Positions 1 to 9,600 of a stretch of DNA of 64,000 nt are shown one piece after another. How positions within the stretch are numbered: position 1 is the first letter of the stretch; each line of letters starts with the position of its first letter. This DNA comes from Candidatus Acidiferrales bacterium (GTDB taxonomy: Bacteria; Bacteroidota; Ignavibacteria; Kryptoniales; JAKASW01). The notes beneath the pieces were generated by a model that made no database searches, had not been told where the DNA came from, and saw only the letters and a list, made by a program, of their open reading frames with translations. The DNA is taken from positions 5,296 through 69,295 of the forward strand of contig DATJAY010000028.1 of assembly GCA_035515795.1 (NCBI GenBank), written 5' to 3'. Both the position numbers and the translations under genes were made by a program.

Positions 1-736
1 GGCAATGCGACGCGATAGGCGACCAGCCGTGCGCTTCTGAATTACGAGACCTCCCTTCCATTACCGCGTCCGGATTCCCAAAACCGTTGTACAGCCCCAT
101 GAAAGTTTCGCGGTCGGTGTCAAATCCGGCTACCGGAGAATTCACAGAATAAAAAGCGTAGTGGTTCCTCCGTTCTTTATACTCCGTTTTGTGGTAAATA
201 ACTGAGCCCACCACCTCAACTTCTCCGGTCGAGAAATTACGCTGGAAATTTGTCATATCGTCCAGCGCGTTCCATAGACACCATTCGACAAAGGAAAATA
301 CTTTGAACTTCTTTGCAGACTTCCCGTGGTTCGTGAGTCTCATCTTTTGCACTTCGCCCCAGAAATTCACAGGGACAAAATATAGAACTTCGGCTTCGAG
401 ATCGTTTCTCTTTCCTTTAACGATCGTGTATCCCAACCCATGACGGCACTCATAAGAATCGAGTTCGGTCTTCACCGGCTTCCAGCCTGGCGACCAGATG
501 GTGTCACCATCCTTGACATAAAAATATTTCCCGCCCTCGTCTATGGGAACGTTATTGTATCTAAAGCGTGTAATCCGTCTGAGCCTGGCGTCTTTAAAAA
601 AGCTGTAGCCGCCTGCAGTATTTGAAATGATGGAGAAAAACTCCTGACTACCCAAGTAATTTATCCACGGATAGGGTGTGCGGGGATTGGTGATCACATA
701 TTCCCTCGCCTTGTCGTCAAAGAAACCGTATTTCAT
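1..736 (-). CDS. Cellobiose phosphorylase (GH94), 5' part only; the gene runs off the left edge of the window
   Basis: Absent from the ORF track because it is open to the window edge. Reverse translation from the ATG at 736 gives [74 protein letters not shown]...[13 protein letters not shown]. This matches the N-terminal pattern I remember for characterised clostridial cellobiose phosphorylases. Confidence 0.85.
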   Translation of the reverse strand, partial: MKYGFFDDKAREYVITNPRTPYPWINYLGSQEFFSIISNTAGGYSFFKDARLRRITRFRYNNVPIDEGGKYFYVKDGDTIWSPGWKPVKTELDSYECRHGLGYTIVKGKRNDLEAEVLYFVPVNFWGEVQKMRLTNHGKSAKKFKVFSFVEWCLWNALDDMTNFQRNFSTGEVEVVGSVIYHKTEYKERRNHYAFYSVNSPVAGFDTDRETFMGLYNGFGNPDAVMEGRSRNSEAHGWSPIASHC

Positions 737-902
737 GTTCTCTCTTTGCCTTTAGTTGCGGAAAAACTGTTCTTGTCCTGGACGTCCAAAAGAGTCTTTC
801 GGGGTATACCTGGATCGCCCAACACAGCGCCAACCGCTTAAGCTATTATTATTTTCCCTTTTTTTCCAGTCTTATGTTCTGTTAGCGCTATCAACAATTA
901 AC

Positions 903-937
903 AAAAAAAAGGCCCGACGTAGATTAATGTCGAGCCC
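903..937 (-). terminator. Rho-independent terminator downstream of the 972..1496 gene
   Basis: Minus strand reads GGCTCGAC-attaatctac-GTCGGGCC (8-bp stem with one G-U pair), followed directly by TTTTTTTT. Confidence 0.6.
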
Positions 938-971
938 TTGTTGCCATCAACAGGAGGTGGAGAGAAAAACT

Positions 972-1496
972 TTAATAGGTAACCGTAACGGTCCAAGTAC
1001 CAGAGTAGCTGCCCGGAGTCTGACCTCCTGGAAGTGTGGATAATGATCCACCGAGCCAGAAATAGTAGTTGCCTGCAGAGCCAGACGTTCCGCTCAAAGT
1101 GACCGTTCCGCCAGAAGTGACCGCCGTCGAGCTTAATTGGTTCGATGATGAATTGGAACCATAAACACTCGGCGTAAATGTAATATTGGTTGCTCCGGCC
1201 TTTATTAGAGGATCATTGGCGTCGTATGTCACATGTATTAGCTGCCCGCCGTTTCCAGTCAACGTAATCATTGCTATGTTTCCCGGGCTTGAACCCACCG
1301 TGGCGCTTTGGGCATTCAATGAACCCGGGGTTGTCCCAGCGACGATAGTTCCAAAGTTCTCTTGTCCTGTCACTGCCGTGCTCAATCCTTGTATCACGCT
1401 GGCACTCAGGGGGACACTCGCACTTGCATTATTTTGAGCAAATGAGATCTCAAAGGTGCCAATGACAATCGCCGCGACAATCACTAACTTTTTCAT
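972..1496 (-). CDS. Secreted Ser/Thr/Gly-rich protein, DUF4402-like
   Basis: The internal ATG at 1496 gives a clean signal peptide, MKKLVIVAAIVIGTFEISFAQ. The longer 1598 start only adds a basic, non-hydrophobic leader. The C-terminus ...GSYSGTWTVTVTY fits my memory of the DUF4402 family; this is not verified. Confidence 0.5.
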   Translation of the reverse strand: MKKLVIVAAIVIGTFEISFAQNNASASVPLSASVIQGLSTAVTGQENFGTIVAGTTPGSLNAQSATVGSSPGNIAMITLTGNGGQLIHVTYDANDPLIKAGATNITFTPSVYGSNSSSNQLSSTAVTSGGTVTLSGTSGSAGNYYFWLGGSLSTLPGGQTPGSYSGTWTVTVTY

Positions 1497-1682
1497 AAGC
1501 AGCCTCCCGAAGATTTCTCTGGTATTGAAAATTTTTGATTCAAATATTTCTGTGTTCGAATTTCTTTTTCTGTGGTATGTCTTCAAATTCTTTTTCATAA
1601 CTACCTTGTGAACAACAAGACTCGTGCCGGAAACATAGTCAAATTTTGAAAGGAAAACGGATCCTTTTTGAGAAGCGAGACA

Positions 1683-1706
1683 CTCGGTTACGATTTCGTA
1701 ACCGAG
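1683..1706. promoter_or_regulatory. Perfect 10+10 bp inverted repeat, candidate operator or hairpin
   Basis: Sequence is CTCGGTTACG-attt-CGTAACCGAG. It lies in the divergent intergenic region between the gene starts at 1496 (-) and 2121 (+). No T-run follows on either strand, so it is not a typical terminator. Confidence 0.3.
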
Positions 1707-2054
1707 TAATTCTCAATGCGTGTATCCGGTTGGGACACAGCGATTAGAGAACGCACAGCCGTCATCAAAATGTGTCGTCGCTTCTAACCCTATCCGGCAT
1801 AATGCGTCGAAAATCATAACCGAGTTGTGGAAACGTGAAAAGACAAAATGCGCTGGTTGGAACTAATCTCAATCAGTTCTTTTTGGCTACTGATCGTGGA
1901 GGACAATCTTATGGGGCGGCACCCTGTCAAAGGATTTGCCTGGCATTGATGCTCTTTTTTATTTTCACAGCAGTATGTGAAGCGGCCGGGAATAAGTCTA
2001 TCACTGGTTTTCTAAGCGCAAGAACTCCTTGCGGCGGAAAATAGCCTAAATTTC

Positions 2055-2088
2055 ACATTTGCTTCACGCCTTCTTAACATTTGCTTCA
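2055..2088 (+). promoter_or_regulatory. Two perfect 12-bp direct repeats spaced 22 bp start to start
   Basis: ACATTTGCTTCA occurs at 2055-2066 and 2077-2088. The second copy ends 32 bp upstream of the ATG at 2121. Confidence 0.3.
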
Positions 2089-2120
2089 TTAATTACGTAT
2101 GCTAATCATAGAGATAATTG

Positions 2121-3263
2121 ATGAAAGAAGTGTTCGGAATAATTACAGGCATTGGACTAACGTACTACATCAGCCTGGTTGTCGCGACGGTTTTCAAGCT
2201 CTTTGTTTCTCGCCGCCGGCATGAACGTTCGCATATCGGCAATTTTCTCCCTCCGATATCCGTTCTTAAACCCGTGACCGGCGTCGACGGGAATCTCCGC
2301 AATAATCTTCTTTCATTTATAAACCAGGATTATCCTGAATTCGAGATCATCGTCGGTGTTCAATCATCAAACGACCCCGCAATCAAGCTCGTCGGGCAGC
2401 TTAAACAGGAATTCCCCTCGAAAAATATTCACATCATAATTAGCAACCAAACGCTCGGCTACAATCCGAAGATCAACAATCTTTACGGCATGATTTCCCG
2501 CGCCAAATATGATTATGCCATAATCAGCGACAGCAACGTCATTGTTGGGAGAGATTACTTACGCTCCAACATAAGTTACTTCGAAGACAGAGAAGTAGGA
2601 CTCGTGACGAATCTGATAAAGGGGATTGGCGGCGAAAGCGTCGGGGCCCTTTTTGAAAATCTGCATCTTAACTCTTTCGTAATTGGAAACGTGAGCCTTC
2701 TCGATCTCTTCCAAAGAAAAATCGTCGTTGGCAAGTCTATCTTCTTCAGGAGATCGCAGTTCGAACGGTTAGGCGGACTATGGGAACTGAGAAATTATCT
2801 CGCGGAAGATTACCTAATGGGAAAACTCTACAAGGAGAATGGATACAAGGTCGTAGTGGCACCGAATTTAGTATGCACTACTAATCATTCCTGGACAATC
2901 AAGCGATTCATCAACAGGCACACGCGATGGGCACAGCTAAGATGGAACTTAAACAAGACTGCTTACATCTCCGAGCTTTTATTTAACTTTCCACTCTTAT
3001 CTTTGATTTTCGCAATCGCATGCGGATTCTCTTATGAATCTTCCATGATCGCCGCGCTTTGCTGGGCGGCTAAAGTTATGGGCGACTCGTTGATGAATTC
3101 CCTCCTGAAAACCGGGCTTGGAGTGAGACATTGCTTAGCCGCGCCGTTCAAGGATTTGCTGATAGGGTTTCTCTGGATCGTCCCAATAGTGAACAGGAGA
3201 ACAAGCTGGCGTGGCACACCAGTGAGGATCGCACGCAACACGCTGCTTCTTCCGACGAACTAA
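2121..3263 (+). CDS. Glycosyltransferase, ceramide-glucosyltransferase-like (GT21/GT2, HpnI-like)
   Basis: N-terminal TM helix. PPISVLKPVTGVDGNLRNNLLSFINQDYPEFEIIVGV...NPKINNL...ISDSNV matches the GT21/HpnI pattern, followed by C-terminal TM helices. The ORF-track start at 2118 is TTG; ATG follows at 2121. Confidence 0.75.
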   Translation: MKEVFGIITGIGLTYYISLVVATVFKLFVSRRRHERSHIGNFLPPISVLKPVTGVDGNLRNNLLSFINQDYPEFEIIVGVQSSNDPAIKLVGQLKQEFPSKNIHIIISNQTLGYNPKINNLYGMISRAKYDYAIISDSNVIVGRDYLRSNISYFEDREVGLVTNLIKGIGGESVGALFENLHLNSFVIGNVSLLDLFQRKIVVGKSIFFRRSQFERLGGLWELRNYLAEDYLMGKLYKENGYKVVVAPNLVCTTNHSWTIKRFINRHTRWAQLRWNLNKTAYISELLFNFPLLSLIFAIACGFSYESSMIAALCWAAKVMGDSLMNSLLKTGLGVRHCLAAPFKDLLIGFLWIVPIVNRRTSWRGTPVRIARNTLLLPTN

Positions 3264-3357
3264 ATAATAAATTGTGGATTTTCAATCCCCCGCCTTACCG
3301 TCAGGACAGGCTTGAACATAAGCCAAGCATCGCCTGGCTTGCCAATCAAGAGCTCGT

Positions 3358-4572
3358 CTAACCCCCAACAAGTTCATCAATTGCAATGCTTCCATTCTTC
3401 GGAAGTTTAGTGAATCCGTTCTCAGCAATTTCGAGCAATAACCCCTTACGCCTGCTTTTCTCAAGCCAGCGCGGGAAATCCGAGGTGGGTACCATGTTTA
3501 CGGCACAATCATTTTCAAAAAGATAGTCCCTGTTTTTTTCTTCATGCGCTCCGATTGGCGGAAGGAACACAAGCGGTATCCCCAACGCCGCATAAAATAC
3601 CATCTCGCTGGGCTTGGTAATCATCACATCGGTCGACTTTAATGCCGCATTGAATTCGTCAAAAGCGGCAAATACATCTTCATGGTACATTATCTCCGCA
3701 TACTCCAGTTCTTCTATCCCGTAATTGATAAATATGTTTTCCGCGTTTCTCAGCGCGCGGCTGTTGTCACCGCATGATACTATTAAGCGCAGGGTCCCTT
3801 CTTTCAGGTCTTCGTGAATCGCCTTCACCAAATCTGCAAGCACGTTAGAATATGCACCTGCTCCGCTGAACGGGAACATTATTGTCATGGGCAAAGTCGA
3901 ATCATTCTTCAGCCTGGCCTGTCGGACATCGAAATCTCGCTCGACGACTCTGAGATCGCGCCCTCCGGTGTTTGTCGTCGGCAGCGGAAATCCGGTGACG
4001 AAAATTTTTTCTCGTTCCACCCCATAAGAAACCAGTCTATCCGCAGAAGACGGGATCGGAACAAAGTATTTCAAATCATACTTCTTTGGTTCGACCGGCA
4101 CCCACACCCTATGGAAATCGGTATCGCACAGCAGGAGAAAATTTTCTCCCGGATAGCCATGGTACACCGAGAGCATAGCGGGCATGTAGAAAGTGTGAAG
4201 CAGCCTCATTTTGTTTCTGTTGAGCACTCTAAATAACTCATCCCCCGCACCGAACCTTTGCATCATTCGAATGAAGCGCGACGGGCCTAAGGACGGAGGG
4301 GTGCCATTCTCCGGTATTACCATTAAGCTTTCAAACCAATCGTAGAAAACGCTGCTCTTGCTTTCTTTGTCGCGGGACCCGTAGGTGTGAACCGCCTGGC
4401 TTGACCTCCAGACAAATTCATCGACACCGTTGAGGTAAGGCTTTTGATCTACTCTCAGAATTGGCGAACGGCTGTACGATGCGATATTATGTGCTGCCCT
4501 GAGATGACCGAATCCCATGTAGGCAGTAGTGACCAAATATTTATGATTCGAGAATTGCTCCGGCGTATTCAT
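3358..4572 (-). CDS. GT-B fold glycosyltransferase, MGDG-synthase/GT28-like
   Basis: N-terminal TTAYMGFGHLRAAHNIA resembles the GxGH motif of MGDG-synthase-type enzymes. C-terminal DVMITKPSEMVFYAALGIPLVFLPPIGAHEEKNRDYL resembles the KPGG...E...P...GQE.N nucleotide-sugar binding segment. Confidence 0.5.
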   Translation of the reverse strand: MNTPEQFSNHKYLVTTAYMGFGHLRAAHNIASYSRSPILRVDQKPYLNGVDEFVWRSSQAVHTYGSRDKESKSSVFYDWFESLMVIPENGTPPSLGPSRFIRMMQRFGAGDELFRVLNRNKMRLLHTFYMPAMLSVYHGYPGENFLLLCDTDFHRVWVPVEPKKYDLKYFVPIPSSADRLVSYGVEREKIFVTGFPLPTTNTGGRDLRVVERDFDVRQARLKNDSTLPMTIMFPFSGAGAYSNVLADLVKAIHEDLKEGTLRLIVSCGDNSRALRNAENIFINYGIEELEYAEIMYHEDVFAAFDEFNAALKSTDVMITKPSEMVFYAALGIPLVFLPPIGAHEEKNRDYLFENDCAVNMVPTSDFPRWLEKSRRKGLLLEIAENGFTKLPKNGSIAIDELVGG

Positions 4573-4694
4573 AAGCTCGATTTGTTCTAACGGAAGGCAA
4601 GAGGATAACTACAGTCGTAAATATACACACAGCGACAGAAAGTTGCAAAGACATAAAGCAAATGGTAATGACTCAGTTTCGTTTCCATTGTAGG

Positions 4695-4752
4695 GTCATT
4701 CCGGCGAAAGCCGGAATCCAGCCTTCTGGATGCCAGCTTTCGCTGGCATGAC
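4695..4752. repeat. 58-nt three-hairpin cloverleaf element (intergenic repeat-like)
   Basis: GTCAT|TCCGGC-GAAA-GCCGGA|ATCCAG-CCTT-CTGGAT|GCCAGC-TTTC-GCTGGC|ATGAC. All stems are perfect, there are no linker nucleotides, and it folds the same way on both strands. Confidence 0.6.
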
Positions 4753-4839
4753 ATCTCCTCTTTTGTTTGAACATCCAAAATGAGTCACCACCAAGCAAAT
4801 AGCCCCATCTGCGCCTATGTACCTTTGCCACCCAGATTA

Positions 4840-6552
4840 TCAATCTCCAGCATTTACTGAATATCTCTTAATCTTTTGAGTCGTCGTCTTCGGAAATTCC
4901 TGGTCGCGGAGGTGAAACTTTTTTATCTGTTTGTAAGTCTGCAGCTCGCGATTCACTTTTCTTACTTCACCGTCGACCACGTCATGGATCAATTCAGGAG
5001 TAATCTGAACTCCCTTCGTCTCCGAGAGCTCGATAAACGCTTCTGCATCGACGACAATTTGCGCGCCTATGATTTCACCTTCTTTTTCATCGCGTTCGCC
5101 GAAGACCATGCTTTCCATGATAAACGGACTTCTATTCAGGACATCCTCGATCTCTTCCGGGAAAACGTTTTTCCCGCTTTTGGATATTATGACATTCTTT
5201 TTTCTGCCGTTGATATGAAGAAACCCATCCTCATCGACAAAACCGAGGTCACCCGTCTTGAACCATTCATCTTCAAAGGTCTCTGCCGTTGCCTTTTCGT
5301 TCTTATAATATCCGCTCATGACATTTGGACCCTTCGCACATACTTCTCCGTTCCCGTCCTGATCGGGATTGGCAATTCTTATCCGAACATGCGGCAGAGG
5401 CAAGCCCGCTGCATCGTCTTTGAAGTTAGTAAGCTTGTTCAGTGTCAGTATGGGTGAGGTCTCGGTAAGACCGTAACCTTGCACGAAACCGAATCCGAAC
5501 TCGCGAAGTCCTTTCGCTACCACCGGATCTGGTGCCGCACCACCGGCTATGAAACATCGGATAGAGCCTCCAAATCGGTTATGAATCTCTCTGAAGATAA
5601 TTTTCTTCGAACCTTTCCAGCCGATTCTTTCGAGAATATCAGTCGCTTTTATCATAGGCCGAATGAGCGGCGCAACCAGTTTTTTCTCCTTTATGCCGCG
5701 ATAGACTGCCTTGAACATTTTGTCGTAAAGAAGAGGGATTGCAAGGAGAATTGTTGCTTGAGATCTCTGCAAATCCTCAACGACTGTCTTCAGGGACCTG
5801 GCGAAAAAGACCGATGAACCGCCATACAGCGGACACAACATGCCGCAGGTGCATTCATAAGTATGATGCATCGGGAGGATTGAGAGGAACCTGTCCGTAG
5901 GAAAAATTCCAAACTGTGCCACCATGTCCATGAGGTTTGAGGCGAGATTTTTCTGGCTGAGCATTACACCTTTCGCCCTCCCGAGCGTGCCGGAAGTGAA
6001 AATGATTACAGCCATCTCGTCGGGATTTATCTGCGGGAGCTTCGACAACTCGACAGCGTAACTCCTGTTTATGAGTTCCGTCATCGAATGGAAGCCGCCC
6101 TCATGCTTCTTCAAATCCATGCTGATATAGTGCTTGAGATGCTTGAACGACGATTTCTTTTCTCTGAGCATCGGCTCGAATGTTTCAGAGAAAACTATCG
6201 CGCTTGCTTCCGACTCATGGAGGATATTCAGGATTTCATTTACACCCAGATTCTTATCAACGGGCACGACGACAAGGTTAAACGCCATGGCCGTCAAATA
6301 ACTGATCGCCCATTGTACACGGTTCTCTCCGATCACCGCGATGTGGTCCCTTTCCTTGATGCCGAGATTCCTGAGCGCAGCACCGAAGCGCAAGACATTA
6401 TCAAGAAGTACGTTGTAGCTCACTTTAGAAATCGGAGTTTCATTGAAATCCTCCAAAGCTAATTTGCTCCCGTACCGACGCGCAGAACCGATGACCATAT
6501 CCTGGATCGACTCGATATGCGGGACATCAAACAACGGAGTATCTTTTCTCAT
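4840..6552 (-). CDS. Long-chain acyl-CoA synthetase (AMP-forming ligase)
   Basis: AMP-binding motif IIFTSGTLGRAKGVMLSQKNL, then GYGLTETSP and WFKTGDLG...GRKKNVII. I chose the ATG at 6552; a GTG at 6582 would add 10 codons. Confidence 0.85.
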   Translation of the reverse strand: MRKDTPLFDVPHIESIQDMVIGSARRYGSKLALEDFNETPISKVSYNVLLDNVLRFGAALRNLGIKERDHIAVIGENRVQWAISYLTAMAFNLVVVPVDKNLGVNEILNILHESEASAIVFSETFEPMLREKKSSFKHLKHYISMDLKKHEGGFHSMTELINRSYAVELSKLPQINPDEMAVIIFTSGTLGRAKGVMLSQKNLASNLMDMVAQFGIFPTDRFLSILPMHHTYECTCGMLCPLYGGSSVFFARSLKTVVEDLQRSQATILLAIPLLYDKMFKAVYRGIKEKKLVAPLIRPMIKATDILERIGWKGSKKIIFREIHNRFGGSIRCFIAGGAAPDPVVAKGLREFGFGFVQGYGLTETSPILTLNKLTNFKDDAAGLPLPHVRIRIANPDQDGNGEVCAKGPNVMSGYYKNEKATAETFEDEWFKTGDLGFVDEDGFLHINGRKKNVIISKSGKNVFPEEIEDVLNRSPFIMESMVFGERDEKEGEIIGAQIVVDAEAFIELSETKGVQITPELIHDVVDGEVRKVNRELQTYKQIKKFHLRDQEFPKTTTQKIKRYSVNAGD

Positions 6553-6602
6553 CTGCGGAAATCCTTTCTTAAAAGGAGGCACATGGTGCCTTTGTCCCTT
6601 GT

Positions 6603-9600
6603 TTAGAAATACACCTTAATGGTCGCCACCGAATTTTTCTTTGTCATAAGATTGACGTGATTCCCTTTGAACGGAACGGGATTCCCGTCGTCTTCGAGGA
6701 AACTTGACTCGACAACTTTTTTCGGAGTCATCGGTAAAACCAAATCGGCATTTGAATCCTTCCCGACCGCTTCGTACCACTGAATTACCCATGCATTGGA
6801 CCTCTCGGCAACTTTTGCGATCGTGAGGACAAGATTCGACGGTGTCAATTGGATAAATGAATGACTCAACGGCAGGTCGCCTTTATGAATCGTGCCAACA
6901 AATGCAATAAGGGGATAGTTATACTGATAAGCTTGGTGGACCGTCCCGCCGTCTTTCCATGTACCATCATGCGAGTAAATTGCGTATTTAATTTCGTGCT
7001 CGCCGCGATCGGCCGTCGGATCGGGCCAAACCGGTGAACGAAGCAGCGACAATCTCATCGTGCTTCCCCTCGTGTCGTAGCCGTATTTGGCCTGGTTCAA
7101 AAGGCTGACACCAAATCCGTTGTTCGACATATCTGCCCAGCGCTCCGCTGGAACTTCAAACTTGGCTCTCTCCCAGCTGTTCGTTGGGATCGTGTGGCGT
7201 ACAATTGAGCCGTAAGGAATTTCGTATGTTGCCAGAGAATCCTGCACGTCGAGCGGGAATGCCACTTTGAGCATAACGTGAGTCTCCCACCAATCCGCAT
7301 CGAGTCCGAAATCTACGCGGTCAACGCCGTTGTACAAAATTATGTCCTGGTTGAAGAACGAAGACGGGAAATTGTCGGTCGGGAAAACGCCGACCTGTCC
7401 CGGCCTGAGAAAATCTCTACAGACTCTCAACACGACTCTTACCGGTCCCTTCTCGACGACTTCAACTTTTCTCAACTTGGACGGATACTCGACGCCGGTA
7501 AAGCCGATGTTCCAGGCATCCCACTCTTTCGGGTTGTCTTCCAGGAATTGAAGACGATTTCCTTCGCCGGTTAAGACTTCTCTTTTATTCCTTTTGTCAT
7601 AAATATTTTTGACCCAGCCGGAATCAGGATCTATCACGACTCTGTAAAATTGATTCTCCAAAAAAGTTGTATCGATCTCCAATTGTTGAGACGCAAGGTT
7701 TTGCGTCTTCGCGTCGGGTTTTACGTCGCGAAGTTCGTAGACCTTGTAACCGAGAGAAGGAACGCTGTCGGCTACGAAAATTATCTCACGAGAATATTCA
7801 CTCTTTTGAACGATCTGAGACGGAACTTCTCTTCCGCCGGAATCAAAAATCGAATAATAACTCGACTCGCCTTTCCCGCTGGCAGCATATTCAGGGGGAA
7901 GTTCCAATTTCACCACGTCGGTCCTCGACCATGACAGCGGGTTGAATACGACAATCGGCTTGCTCTCAACCATTGTCCTCCTCACGATCAGAGTATCCCC
8001 AAAATGGAGTTCGCCGACCACGGTCTTCCCCTTGATGGCCGAGGTGTTGATGTGTTCCTCGATTCGTTCAAGAGAGCCGTCGAGTTGATACTTGCCGATT
8101 TCATTCACCTTCTTGTATCTCTTTGCGGCGTCGATGTAGTTCTCACGAATGCCAGAACCGGGAAGGATATCGTGAAACTGGTTGAACATTACGTCCCGCC
8201 AGGCGGTTTCCAAATCCCGGTTGTTATAATCTCGGTCGTAGATTGTGGCAACTGTGGAAAATTTCTCCGCAGTGGTCATCAACACTTCAGATTTTCTGTT
8301 CGACTTTTTCGTCTCGGACTGCGTAGTGAATGTGCCCTGATGATATTCCAAATAGAGTTCGCTGTCCCAAACCGGGAGCTTCGATATGTCCTGACTCTTC
8401 AGCCACTTCAGGTAATTCGTCACTGTCCCGAATTCAACCTTCGGATAAATGTCAAGCGTCTTCAAGCGGTCTATTCTCTCCATCATTTCCAGAGAAGGAC
8501 CGCCGCCGTGATCTCCAACTCCGAAAAGGACCATCATGTCAGCGAAACCTGTATTAGCTTCGAATTGCCGCAGCCAGTCGACGAGTCGATACGGATTTGA
8601 AATTTCATTTACATAGTCAAATGGAAAATAACTTAATATCCTGGATCCATCAGGAGACTCCCACCAGAAGACACGGTAAGGAAAAACGTCCGTTTCGTTC
8701 CAGCCGATCTTTTGCGTGATGAAGGCATCGATCCCGGCGTTCCGGTAAAATTCAGGCATGTTCCAATCATAGCCGAACGAATCGGGGTTCCACCCTATCT
8801 TTGCTTCGACGCCCAAGTTTTTCTTGAAATAATTTTGCGAGTAGAGAAGCTGATGCATCCACGATTCTCCGCTCGGCAGGTTGCAGTCAGGCTCGATCCA
8901 CATTCCGCCGACCACTTCCCATCTGCCGTCTTTCACGCGCTGCTTTATCCCGTTGAACACATCGGGATAATTCTCTTCCATCCAATTATAATATGCAGCG
9001 GCACTCTGGGCGTAAGTCAAGTCGGGCCTGGCATCCATCATGTGCAAGACCGAGGCAAAGGTATTTCGACAGACTTGAACAGTTTCAATGTATCTCCACA
9101 ACCAGGCAGCATCGATATGAGCGTTTGAAACAAAATACAAGGTGTACTGTTTCACGAATTCGCTGATCGGTTTTAGTTTCGGACGAACCGAATTGACGGA
9201 GACAACGAACTTCGTATCATCTCCCGTCTTCAACGCATCGACATTGATTTCGCCCGCAAGCTTCTGAAGGAGATCGTTCAACCTTATTTTTTCATCGCGA
9301 TCCATCTTTGACTTATCGATATGAGGATCAACCCTGACCCTCGCATTCGTCTGGTAAGTATCAAAGCTGAGAATCTTCTGTCCGACTCTAAAACTCAATG
9401 CAACATCGCGCATCATGTCGGGAATTTCGTTGATTACTCCGCTGCGCAATTCTGCTTGCAAGAGATGAATCATCGCACCGCCGTTCACAGCTTTGATCGC
9501 GATGACGAACCGCATTCCCGGCCTTGCATTGTCGGTCAACACAAATTCTTTGGTAAACGGGAAATAACCTTTGCTTTCGCCGTTGATCCACATGTATCCG

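Noticed and set aside
1835-2044. A 69-aa ORF in the 1599-2117 intergenic region.
   Set aside because: It starts with GTG, has no SD and no recognisable features, and sits in a region more plausibly regulatory (dyad and direct repeats).
4587-4778. A 63-aa ORF (MDVQTKEEMSCQRKLASRRLDSGFRRNDP...).
   Set aside because: It is simply the translation of the 58-nt cloverleaf repeat element and its flanks. That peptide pattern is a known annotation artefact.
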